IMG/VR virus record: IMGVR_UViG_2636415673_000003
Strand: one strand, 5' to 3'
Length of the DNA stretch: 26,193 nt
Source of the DNA: a virus
Lineage: Duplodnaviria > Heunggongvirae > Uroviricota > Caudoviricetes
Below the pieces are notes generated by a model. It ran no database searches. It was not told the DNA's origin and was given only the letters and a program-made list of their open reading frames with translations. Shown piece after piece: positions 9,854 through 17,952 of this stretch (positions are counted from its first letter, which is position 1; each line of letters opens with the position of its first letter). The position numbers and the translations under genes are program-made.

Positions 9854-10144
9854 TCACAAATATCCCTCCTTTCTCCAGATTTCTTGTGTGCGAAAAACAC
9901 CTTCTGCATGCATCAGGCGTAATTCTTCTTTGGTGTAATCGCTGGTTTTTACCCGCCCGTCGATTAGATCGTGGCATGAGCTACAGGCAATCGCCGCCTG
10001 CATATCGTGTGGTTTTGTCGCTGTTCCGCACGTTCCCGCCAGTCGGTAATGCGCCAGCACAGACGTTTCCGGATCGTGATTGCAGTAGCCAGGAATTCTG
10101 ACGGTGCACATCTGCCCCCGCGCCGCTTTACGTAAATCCACCAT
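9854..10144 (-). CDS. YbcO-like Cys-rich nin-region protein (DUF1364-type putative nuclease)
   Basis: 96 aa with Cys/His clusters (RIPGYCNHDPETSVLAHYRLAGTCGT...ACSSCHDLID), matching my recollection of DLP12 YbcO. Confidence 0.65.
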   Translation of the reverse strand: MVDLRKAARGQMCTVRIPGYCNHDPETSVLAHYRLAGTCGTATKPHDMQAAIACSSCHDLIDGRVKTSDYTKEELRLMHAEGVFRTQEIWRKEGYL

Positions 10145-10743
10145 TACGCAAACTCCAGCAGCTGCGCGGTCACATTTTCGACTTGTTCCGGAGAGGAAAA
10201 TTTACGGAACAGAATCCAGTTCCACAGCACATTCAGAACAGATTTATAAACCTGCTGAAACTCGGTTTCGTCCATATTCGCAAAAGCGATGGATTTCGCC
10301 CGACGCCCATGGCTACCATCAGGATAAAGATGCTCGGTGTAAAATCCGGCCTGAATGGTTACCCACTCGCGGAAAGCCTCAAACGACTTTAGCAATGCCG
10401 TATCCCGGGTTCTGCGTGTCGCAACTGTATTCAGATATTGCTCTGCGGCTTCGCTCAGAGCTGGCGTATGTTCCCGGCCTACTGATTCACATAGGTAATC
10501 AACGAATCCTGAAACCAGCTTTCGTTCGCGAGGCGTGATCGCCCCACCGACCGGAGTCCAGTAATCGAATCCCAGTTGCAGGAGTTTGAAAAAACGCTTG
10601 TGGAATGCGTAGTTACGCACACGCTTAAAGTCTGCGTGTATCCACTCGCCTATTTTGATTTGATGCAAAAAATCGCAACTCTCCGGCGTCGCCGGGAGAA
10701 GTAGTCCAGAAGAGGTTTGTTTGACCAGTTGTATATGCGCCAT
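10144..10743 (-). CDS. Conserved lambdoid nin-region protein (DUF1367-like)
   Basis: 199 aa ORF coupled to the ybcO-like gene (overlapping start/stop); family assignment is from memory only. Confidence 0.55.
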   Translation of the reverse strand: MAHIQLVKQTSSGLLLPATPESCDFLHQIKIGEWIHADFKRVRNYAFHKRFFKLLQLGFDYWTPVGGAITPRERKLVSGFVDYLCESVGREHTPALSEAAEQYLNTVATRRTRDTALLKSFEAFREWVTIQAGFYTEHLYPDGSHGRRAKSIAFANMDETEFQQVYKSVLNVLWNWILFRKFSSPEQVENVTAQLLEFA

Positions 10744-11021
10744 TTCTCAATCTCTCGATGGCGCAGTGCAGCAGATGCCAGTTGTTCAGGCTGACGAATA
10801 AAGTATAAATAAACTGGCTATGGTGTAAAGCTCCACATAACATGAACAAACACTACATATCAAATAGCTGATACAAGGATAGAAATACAACACTTATTAT
10901 TAAAAACGATTAGATAAATTACATTTTAATGTTATGAAAAAGTTCTTTTTTATCATAACATTTCAACAAAAGCATTACAGATGCACATCCCGTCATCATC
11001 AATTATTTAAGGTGGTTAAAC

Positions 11022-11108
11022 ATGGAAAATAACAACTATGCACATCTCGCTCCTTTTTTATCCGTAATCCTTTTCGCTGGCTGTTTTATATGGGCATTAT
11101 TTTTATAA
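11022..11108 (+). CDS. Small hydrophobic peptide (28 aa), possible type I toxin-like or small membrane protein
   Basis: ATG at 11022 with AAGGTGG 6 nt upstream. MENNNYAHLAPFLSVILFAGCFIWALFL has a polar N-terminus and a single TM-like C-terminus. Too short for the ORF track. Confidence 0.35.
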   Translation: MENNNYAHLAPFLSVILFAGCFIWALFL

Positions 11109-11181
11109 AGTAGCCGCATGATTAGTTTCTGGAATCATGTTTCCCACTCAAATCATTAACATTTGATAAGATATATCTAAA

Positions 11182-11243
11182 AGGATGCCTTTACATTATT
11201 TGATGCGTATATGATTTATTTATATGCACAGTAAAGGCATCCT
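11182..11243. repeat. 13-bp perfect inverted repeat (AGGATGCCTTTAC ... GTAAAGGCATCCT) separated by 36 nt
   Basis: Read directly from the sequence. On the minus strand it is followed by TTTT, so it may act as a terminator or a protein-binding palindrome. Confidence 0.5.
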
Positions 11244-11555
11244 GGAAATAATCAAGATTAATGATATATTGCTTATCTCATCCCCCACTGTCTTTCACCC
11301 GGAAAACATTTATCGTTAAAAATATATCATAAGTAATTAAATTGAAATTTCAGAACACAACTAATGCACACAATAAGATTCAGTAACAGTAATCTATGCG
11401 GACTATATCGAGATTTTTTAGTTAAACTTTAATAAGTTATTCCTAACACACAGAATGCACAAACTAAAAGTAAAACAAATAGTTATACGAAAAACAACCA
11501 TATTGATTCTATCTTCTCCTCTAATCAACATATCAATTATGTGTTTCATAACAGC

Positions 11556-11595
11556 TTGACATAACCCTCAAAAAGGTGCATTTATAATGCATGTT
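11556..11595 (+). promoter_or_regulatory. Promoter of the yeaR-like gene with an NsrR-type operator overlapping the -10
   Basis: TTGACA (11556-11561), TATAAT (11584-11589), and AAGGTGCATTT-A-TAATGCATGTT (11573-11595), which matches the NsrR inverted repeat (AAnATGCATTT-n-AAATGCATnTT) as I recall it. The 21-nt spacer is atypical. Confidence 0.5.
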
Positions 11596-11610
11596 TTATG
11601 GGAGGTGGTT

Positions 11611-11952
11611 ATGACACACAAGAGAATTCCTAAAGACTGGGTAATCAAACGCTCAACTCCGTTCTTCACAAAAGAGAACGTACCTTCAGCGTTATTAACA
11701 CATCATAATACAGCAGCAGGTGTTTTTGGACAGTTATGCGTGATGGAAGGTACTGTAACATATTATGGTTTTGCTGATGAGAATGCTACTGAACCGGAGA
11801 TAAAAGTAGTCATTAATGCTGGCGCTTTTGCAACAAGCCCACCACAATACTGGCACCGTGTTGAACTAAGCGATGATGCTCAGTTTAATATTAACTTTTG
11901 GGTAGCTCCAGACTTCTCAGGCGAAAAAGTCTATACCGCAAAAAAAGAATAG
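11611..11952 (+). CDS. YeaR-like protein (DUF1971 / TehB N-terminal-domain-like)
   Basis: GGAGG 5 nt upstream of ATG 11611. RSTPFF...CVMEGTVTYYGFADE...EPE...NAGAFATSPPQYWH...FNINFWVAPD resembles E. coli YeaR as recalled. Confidence 0.75.
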   Translation: MTHKRIPKDWVIKRSTPFFTKENVPSALLTHHNTAAGVFGQLCVMEGTVTYYGFADENATEPEIKVVINAGAFATSPPQYWHRVELSDDAQFNINFWVAPDFSGEKVYTAKKE

Positions 11953-12034
11953 CCACGCTATAAATATCTTATTAACTAGTCCCGGCGTGGTTCTTTCCCC
12001 GCTGGGTCTTTTACTCAGATTAGTAGTCTACGAA

Positions 12035-12160
12035 TCAGAGCCTCCGTCTGCCAGTTCGGATTCGTACCTCGCAGAGGTCTTTCCTCGTTACCAGTGCCGT
12101 CACTATGACGGTTAAACAGATGACGATCAGGGCGATTAACATCGCCTTTTGCTGCTTCAT
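12035..12160 (-). CDS. hok: Hok-family type I toxin with truncated/divergent C-terminus (41 aa)
   Basis: MKQQKAMLIALIVICLTVIVTALVTRKDLCEVRIRTG matches the HokD/RelF N-terminus as recalled, then ends RRRL-stop instead of the usual ~15 further residues. A short upstream ORF ends in ATGA overlapping the hok start (mok-like coupling). Confidence 0.75.
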   Translation of the reverse strand: MKQQKAMLIALIVICLTVIVTALVTRKDLCEVRIRTGRRRL

Positions 12161-12330
12161 AGCCTGCTTCTCCTTGACCTTTCGGTCCGTAAGAGGCTAA
12201 TCTCTATGTGTCGCATAGATATGGCCTCAGATTAATGTTAAACGTCTTGCAGGACGCGTAATGTTAACTGGGGCTTTTCTCTATCTACCTTTGGTGTTCA
12301 TGCCCGAGGCAGATAGCCTCAAGCACCCAC
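12161..12330. promoter_or_regulatory. hok mRNA leader / mok-like frame / expected Sok antisense RNA region
   Basis: By analogy with hok/sok loci, Sok is encoded antisense to the hok leader; the exact promoter and terminator were not resolved by eye. Confidence 0.35.
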
Positions 12331-12682
12331 AGCAATTCTAACTATCCAATACATCACTGCCAACACTTTAAACTCTTACCCTTTAAAACAAGAACAAAAT
12401 TCAACCAATCAGCATTGGGCGTATACTCATATCCTAGAGAAAACAACTCTTTCTGTACTATTTATATCCATATGATTTATAAGCATTTGCCACTTGCCAT
12501 AGCCGCACAATGACAGTTTGCCATTTGATGTCAATAGATAAAAATGATCGTTTTCAATGAGTTACATACTTGCAAGGCGTTGCACATCAGGCCCGATTAC
12601 GTCAGTATCAAAAGATTACAGATGGTGCATTACTGCCACTTCGCCTTAATGTTCCAGAACTCTCCAACTTGAGGAATTTTCA

Positions 12683-13456
12683 ATGACATCCTTTCAATTA
12701 TCTTTGATTTCTCGTGAAATTGACGGCGAAATAATACATTTACGTGCCAAAGATGGTTACATAAACGCCACATCAATGTGTAGAACTGCGGGCAAACTGC
12801 TCTCTGATTACACTAGACTCAAAACTACTCAAGAGTTTTTTGACGAATTATCACGCGATATGGGAATTCCCATATCGGAGTTAATTCAATCATTTAAAGG
12901 TGGAAGACCTGAAAACCAAGGGACATGGGTGCATCCTGACATCGCTATTAATCTAGCGCAGTGGCTATCGCCCAAATTTGCAGTCCAGGTTTCAAGATGG
13001 GTTCGTGAATGGATGTCAGGGGAAAGAACTACAGCAGAAATGCCTGTACATTTAAAACGGTACATGGTTAATCGTAGTAGAATTCCTCACACGCACTTTT
13101 CTATTCTTAATGAACTGACATTCAACTTGGTTGCACCTCTTGAACAAGCAGGGTACACACTCCCAGAAAAAATGGTTCCTGACATTTCACAAGGAAGAGT
13201 ATTTTCACAATGGTTAAGAGATAATAGAAACGTAGAACCCAAAACATTCCCTACCTATGACCATGAATATCCCGATGGTCGCGTATACCCTGCAAGGCTG
13301 TACCCAAATGAATATTTAGCAGATTTCAAAGAACATTTTAACAATATTTGGTTGCCGCAATATGCCCCGAAATACTTCGCTGACCGGGACAAAAAGGCTC
13401 TCGCCTTGATTGAAAAAATTATGCTACCTAACCTCGATGGCAATGAACAGTTCTAA
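12683..13456 (+). CDS. KilA-N domain protein (N-terminal KilA-N/APSES-like DNA-binding domain; C-terminal ~130 aa unknown)
   Basis: IDGEIIHLRAKDGYINATSMCRTAGK...WVHPDIAINLAQWLSPKFAVQVSRWV is a KilA-N signature. AT-rich gene with its own RBS (GAGG) and a downstream terminator. Confidence 0.8.
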   Translation: MTSFQLSLISREIDGEIIHLRAKDGYINATSMCRTAGKLLSDYTRLKTTQEFFDELSRDMGIPISELIQSFKGGRPENQGTWVHPDIAINLAQWLSPKFAVQVSRWVREWMSGERTTAEMPVHLKRYMVNRSRIPHTHFSILNELTFNLVAPLEQAGYTLPEKMVPDISQGRVFSQWLRDNRNVEPKTFPTYDHEYPDGRVYPARLYPNEYLADFKEHFNNIWLPQYAPKYFADRDKKALALIEKIMLPNLDGNEQF

Positions 13457-13461
13457 ATGAT

Positions 13462-13495
13462 TAGCCAGCCCCATAAGGGCTGGTTATTTAGTATT
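13462..13495 (+). terminator. Rho-independent terminator after the KilA-N gene
   Basis: Stem CCAGCCC / GGGCTGG with loop CATAA, followed by TTATTTAGTATT. Confidence 0.6.
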
Positions 13496-13496
13496 A

Positions 13497-13580
13497 TCAA
13501 CCCCAGCGGCAAATCGAATACACCACCAGCGCCACCGCCATCGCAATTCCTACCGTTGTGAATGCTTCAGGCCAGGTCAT
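13497..13580 (-). CDS. Small hydrophobic peptide (27 aa), translationally coupled to the upstream gene
   Basis: ATG overlaps the TGA of the 167-aa gene (ATGA), with GGAGG 9 nt upstream. MTWPEAFTTVGIAMAVALVVYSICRWG is a single-TM-like peptide. Confidence 0.35.
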   Translation of the reverse strand: MTWPEAFTTVGIAMAVALVVYSICRWG

Positions 13581-14080
13581 CGTAAAACATCCTCCACGCT
13601 TATAAGTCCGCTTCGCTCCAGGTAGTCCATCACTTTATCCGGCAATTTGCAGCCCGGTTTCGGTTTCTTCAGTTGACTAACCAATTGTTTAACCAGCATT
13701 GTCAATTCGCGAACTTGTTTCCCGGGCTCCCCTTTGCCCTGAAGCAGGGCAGCGCGGCAAGCGTTCCATCCCTCAGCATATGTTTCAGTTACACCATCGA
13801 GATGGCATGTAAGCAAATCCATTTCTTCCGGCACTACGGGCGCTGGAAAAACGGCATAGGGTGGCGTCCATTTTGGCGCTTTATCTCCAGCCGAACGCTG
13901 ATACCAGTCATCCGGTTTGTATTCATAAAAATCACCAACTGGCTCTGCTTCCAGCGATGCCAGAGCAATTTTGAATAATTCGCCCTCTACCCGTGCCATC
14001 CCTGAATTGGGGTGGCATTTCTCAATCGCTATTTTTAATTTAGCTTCTTCGATTAATTGCTTTTTGGTTAATTCAGTCAT
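13577..14080 (-). CDS. Hypothetical phage protein (167 aa), nin-like region
   Basis: Long ORF in the early-right operon orientation; no recognisable motifs. Confidence 0.55.
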   Translation of the reverse strand: MTELTKKQLIEEAKLKIAIEKCHPNSGMARVEGELFKIALASLEAEPVGDFYEYKPDDWYQRSAGDKAPKWTPPYAVFPAPVVPEEMDLLTCHLDGVTETYAEGWNACRAALLQGKGEPGKQVRELTMLVKQLVSQLKKPKPGCKLPDKVMDYLERSGLISVEDVLR

Positions 14081-14242
14081 TTTTCATTACCGCCCTTTCG
14101 GGCCGCCTCCTAATATTTTGAGGGTGCAGCCCCCCCCCTCCGGTTAAGGATTAAATTTTATTTACAGTGCTAAATTTAATTATTCAGATTTGGATTATGA
14201 TTTCTCTTTCAGTTCACGCAGTTCCCTGATTGTTAATTTGGC

Positions 14243-14680
14243 TCACAACAGCACATCCTGAAAATTACCCTGATAGAACGCCAGTACACGCTGCATGACT
14301 TCGCTCTTCCGGCACTCGCGACAGATTATATTCAGACGCCTGTCATAGCGGCGTATTTCTCCGTCTGGTAATGACCAGATAAGGTCCGGATCAACTACAG
14401 CAGGTTTCTTCACCTTTGCCCTCGATAGTTTTTTGCGGGCGTTTTGCCAGTCTTTACGCGCCTGTTCAGACGGGAATAACCCGTAACCAGAGTTGTATAC
14501 ATCGCCACTGGCAACCAGCTCACTGGCGAGAACACTCATCAGATATCTTGTCTCACCTGTCTTGGCTTCCAGTTGCCGTAACGTCTCGCGACCGCTCAGA
14601 GGTACAAGTTCAACAACCTGTCCTTTAATTTTTTCTCGCTCTTCTGGTGTAAATACTTTTGCCATAGGTGCCTCCGGCAA
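14243..14680 (-). CDS. Hypothetical phage protein (about 140 aa), nin-like region
   Basis: ORF starting immediately after the stop of the upstream gene; basic, with a CxxC pair (CRECRK). Confidence 0.55.
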   Translation of the reverse strand: MPEAPMAKVFTPEEREKIKGQVVELVPLSGRETLRQLEAKTGETRYLMSVLASELVASGDVYNSGYGLFPSEQARKDWQNARKKLSRAKVKKPAVVDPDLIWSLPDGEIRRYDRRLNIICRECRKSEVMQRVLAFYQGNFQDVLL

Positions 14681-15442
14681 TCACTTTTCCGATGCAACAT
14701 GGCGGGAAGAATCAGTAATCTGTCGTACAATATCCCTGTGCTTGTTCAACTCACGCAGCGCGGCGCAGACACGCTCCCACTTCTGGACATGATTTTTCGC
14801 CCGACGCAGTTCGCGGTTTGCCATATGCAGTGATGGTAAAACCAGGTCATCCGCTCGCGTTTCAGTAAACGATGGCAGCGACTGCACAATGTCCGCCACA
14901 GTTTCTGTTTTAATATCTTCCTGTGTTGCAGCCTCCTGTACTGGTAACGCAACACCTGCGGTCTGAGGAAAGGCCTTACCATCAGTTTCCGCTACCGATG
15001 CTGCTTTCGGCTCTGCTGGTAAATTATCGCCCGGTATGCAGTAACGAAATTTACCGCCCTGATTTACGCGAATCAGACGACCTTTGCTGATTGCCATTGC
15101 CAGCGTTGAAGCCACTTTGCGTGATGTGGTACCAAACAATGTAGCCAGCTCATCAGCCGTTTGTGGTCCTCGTTGTTCAATCGTCGCGGTTAAATCGCAC
15201 TCTGAGATTTTCGCTACTGTTGCTGTGGTGATTTCTTCCGGCAGTTCTGCCTGCGCTGGCTGTTCCTGCTGAACGTTGTTATCAGCCACACGCCAGGTGT
15301 ACGCGCTTTTATCAACAAAACCAGCCTTTTTCAGTTCCCATAGTTCGTTCAGCACTTCTTCACGACTGATATCAAGTCGCGCAGCAAGTTCTATGGATGT
15401 GGCTTTTCCCATTGCTTTCAGTGCGTCAAAAACAGTCTCCAT
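14681..15442 (-). CDS. Winged-helix-like phage protein downstream of the helicase loader (possibly the intact counterpart of K-12 ydaW)
   Basis: Likely start at [13 protein letters not shown] (15442), with GGGAGA upstream. N-terminal segment ([28 protein letters not shown]) looks like a winged helix; the remainder is acidic. Confidence 0.55.
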
Positions 15443-15464
15443 TAAATTTTTCTCCCGGTAAAAA

Positions 15465-16211
15465 TTACTTCGCAATTCCTGGCTGGACGACATTCGGACG
15501 CCAGCTCTCCCAGTTAAAATTCACCCATCGCCCGCCGTTCATGGTCATGCGATCCATAATCCGCTCGCCGAGCAATGTTTTCATGGCCTCATAGTTCAGG
15601 TTTGTCAGCATCCCCACGCTGCGCATCGACGCTGTCCGGCGATCAACAATCTGGTGCAGTACCACCTGCTCGTTTTTCGTCTCGCGCTGAATGCCAATTT
15701 CATCAAGAACCAGCAGATCCACTTCGCACAGTTCCCGCAAAAATTTTTCGCCTGACTGCCCATCGTCATAGCTGGCGTGCAGGGCACTCATAACATCAGC
15801 CACGGTAACCACAATCACTGTCTGACCGTCTTTCAGCAGGCGATTCCCGATAGCTGCCGCTAAGTGGTTCTTCCCGGTACCAGGTTTTCCGCTGAACGCA
15901 AAATTTGTACACCCGGTCATCAGTTCATCAGCGATGGATTTCGCCTGACTCAACGCGTATCGCTGCCCTTCGTTCTGCACCTGGTAATTCGAAAACGAGC
16001 ATTTGCGGTGCAATGGCTGGATGCCAGAGCGATTCAGAATTTTTTCCACCCGCAACTGACGATTCTGACGGTTGATCTCCTCACAACGTTTCTGGCCTTC
16101 GGAAAGTTGCCACTCGCGCCACTCCGCTACCGTCTTGAATGGCGCGGTTACATGTGACGGGGCCAGTCTGCGGATACGTTCAAGAACATCGCCTGTCGCA
16201 ATATTTTTCAT
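15465..16211 (-). CDS. ydaV: DnaC-like replicative helicase loader (AAA+ ATPase)
   Basis: Walker A ([17 protein letters not shown]) and Walker B (LLVLDEIG); matches Rac YdaV as recalled. Confidence 0.85.
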
Positions 16212-16217
16212 GGTCAG

Positions 16218-17075
16218 TTACCCCCTGAAGCCTGGCGGGATCGCACTATCCGGTAACGAGACGGTGTTAACCTGTCGGAGTAACGTCTCAGGTCGAACAC
16301 CTTTCGGCGCGAACAAGCCCTGGTATTCATTGGCGATGCTGTGTCGAATCACCTGCTCAGGTGAAAAACCCTGCTGGCGGAATTTTTCCAGCTCCCGTAT
16401 CGCCCCGTTAGCGCCCTGCTCCGTTCGAATCGGTTTTCGCAATGCCTGGCGAAATTCAACCCACTCACGCCAAAGCGAGACAGAAATCCAGTTCGGCAAA
16501 GCAATATCCAGAGGGTCAAACTTTTTGACACCTCGATTCCCCCGGGGGGGATTTAGGGGGGGATCTGTTTTTAGATCTTTATCTGTATCTTTATTAGTTG
16601 CCTTTGTGTTGACATCATGTTCAAACACCACTTCAACATCTGTTTGAACACCTGTTAAATTTCTCTCTTGTTTTGTTTGAACATCTGCTTCCTTTCTGCT
16701 TCTTCTGGCCTGAACAGATGCTTTTCCTGCGGCTGATTTTTTGGTTAATTTTTCCCTGACTGATGCCAGATCTTCCTCAATCCGAAGATGCACCCATTCC
16801 TCGCCGTTATCGCAAAAAAACTCCTGCAAGGATGGTTCAACATCAGCCCATCGCTCGTTAGTCAGACGGGCAATTTTTGCCAGCCTGTTTTTAGGTATTG
16901 GCTTTCCTGTTTGCCAGTAATTGAACATCAGCAACAAATACGCACCATGCTCCTCTGCTGACAAATGCATGGTGTCAGCCAGGTAATCAGCTATGTACAG
17001 TTGCATGTATGGTAATGCGGCCATAATTGCCCCGTATGATGCTGCCCGGTGGCTTAGAATAAGCACAAACAGCAT
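16218..17075 (-). CDS. ydaU: Replication initiation protein (DUF1376-type), Rac YdaU-like
   Basis: 285 aa ORF immediately upstream of the DnaC-like gene; matches Rac YdaU as recalled. Start may be the internal MAALPYMQLY (17027). Confidence 0.75.
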   Translation of the reverse strand: MLFVLILSHRAASYGAIMAALPYMQLYIADYLADTMHLSAEEHGAYLLLMFNYWQTGKPIPKNRLAKIARLTNERWADVEPSLQEFFCDNGEEWVHLRIEEDLASVREKLTKKSAAGKASVQARRSRKEADVQTKQERNLTGVQTDVEVVFEHDVNTKATNKDTDKDLKTDPPLNPPRGNRGVKKFDPLDIALPNWISVSLWREWVEFRQALRKPIRTEQGANGAIRELEKFRQQGFSPEQVIRHSIANEYQGLFAPKGVRPETLLRQVNTVSLPDSAIPPGFRG

Positions 17076-17087
17076 GGAAACTTTTGC

Positions 17088-17510
17088 TTAATGAACAATG
17101 ACAGAATCGTCGGAAGAACCGCCGCCGCTGAAATGCGCTTTCCGGTAAACGGCTTGGACTGCATCATCATGCGCATCAATTGCCGTACTTAACGCTTCCT
17201 GCGCCGCCAGTAATGCACGGCGTTCCAGGGTATCGAAGATGCAGAGTCGGTGACGCAGCTCGCGCGGAAGGATTGCCAGAATTGCTGGGATCAGCTTCTG
17301 AATTTTTTCTCTTTGCGTTTTCGTTTCACCTTTCAACCAACGGTGATAGATATTCTGCTGATTGTTCCAGTCCTTGCCTGGAACCAGGGGCAATTCGCCG
17401 CCCCCCTGGCGCAGATATTCTTCAGTAATTGCATTGGCTACCCATGCCTGCCCTTTTTCGGCTGCTAGGGCAAACAACACTGATTCGATGTGCTCATGCT
17501 TGATTTTCAT
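17088..17510 (-). CDS. ydaT: YdaT (cII-position protein of Rac; toxic when derepressed)
   Basis: 140 aa, matches K-12 YdaT as recalled; second gene of the rightward early operon. Confidence 0.85.
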   Translation of the reverse strand: MKIKHEHIESVLFALAAEKGQAWVANAITEEYLRQGGGELPLVPGKDWNNQQNIYHRWLKGETKTQREKIQKLIPAILAILPRELRHRLCIFDTLERRALLAAQEALSTAIDAHDDAVQAVYRKAHFSGGGSSDDSVIVH

Positions 17511-17532
17511 GAATCATTTGCCTCTTGATGTT

Positions 17533-17829
17533 TCAGGTATGATCAAATGAGGATTTGTTACTGTCATTTAGTTGCTTCACTGACATATTCTGCGAACAAC
17601 ATGCCGAACGTCGTAAATATGACCAGTCAATATCAGGACGAAGTTCTTCGCACAGAACCTCACCTCTTGTTGCACGTTCAATTGCTGGACATCTCTCGGC
17701 AGGCAATTGACGTACCCCTTTGATCCATTGATTTACGCTTGGAGGTGATACACCTAAAAGCCTAGCCATTGCTGATTGCCCACCGACAACAGCACAAGCT
17801 TGCTTGAATGAATAGTTCTCTTTTTTCAT
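17533..17829 (-). CDS. ydaS: YdaS, Cro-like HTH regulator (toxic when derepressed)
   Basis: 98 aa with an HTH (QSAMARLLGVSPPSVNQWIKG); divergent from racR. Confidence 0.85.
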   Translation of the reverse strand: MKKENYSFKQACAVVGGQSAMARLLGVSPPSVNQWIKGVRQLPAERCPAIERATRGEVLCEELRPDIDWSYLRRSACCSQNMSVKQLNDSNKSSFDHT

Positions 17830-17858
17830 CGAATGAACTCCAAAAACACACAGAAATA

Positions 17859-17940
17859 TTAGGCGACGCCTAACGCAATTGTCAATAGGCTGTGCCTAAT
17901 GCGGTAAGAGTAGGGATTGCCTAATGTAATGCGCATAGGA
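17859..17940. promoter_or_regulatory. Rightward operator cluster (OR-like) with divergent racR / ydaS promoters
   Basis: TTAGGCgacGCCTAA (17859-17873, perfect 6-3-6 palindrome), aTAGGCtgtGCCTAAt (17885-17900), and further GCCTAA/TAGG half-sites at 17917-17940. Confidence 0.55.
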
Positions 17941-17952
17941 GAATATTAAGCA

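Noticed and set aside
9771-9977. N-terminal 69 codons of the long Q ORF (MPRSNRRAGKNQ...)
   Set aside because: Would overlap the ybcO-like gene by 124 nt in another frame; the conserved Q motif begins right after the internal ATG at 9770.
14416-15461. '+'-strand ORFs antisense to the replication and nin-like genes
   Set aside because: Ser/Ala/Arg-rich translations typical of antisense frames of GC-rich coding DNA.
15864-17550. '+'-strand ORFs antisense to ydaV, ydaU and ydaT
   Set aside because: Nested antisense ORFs without start signals.
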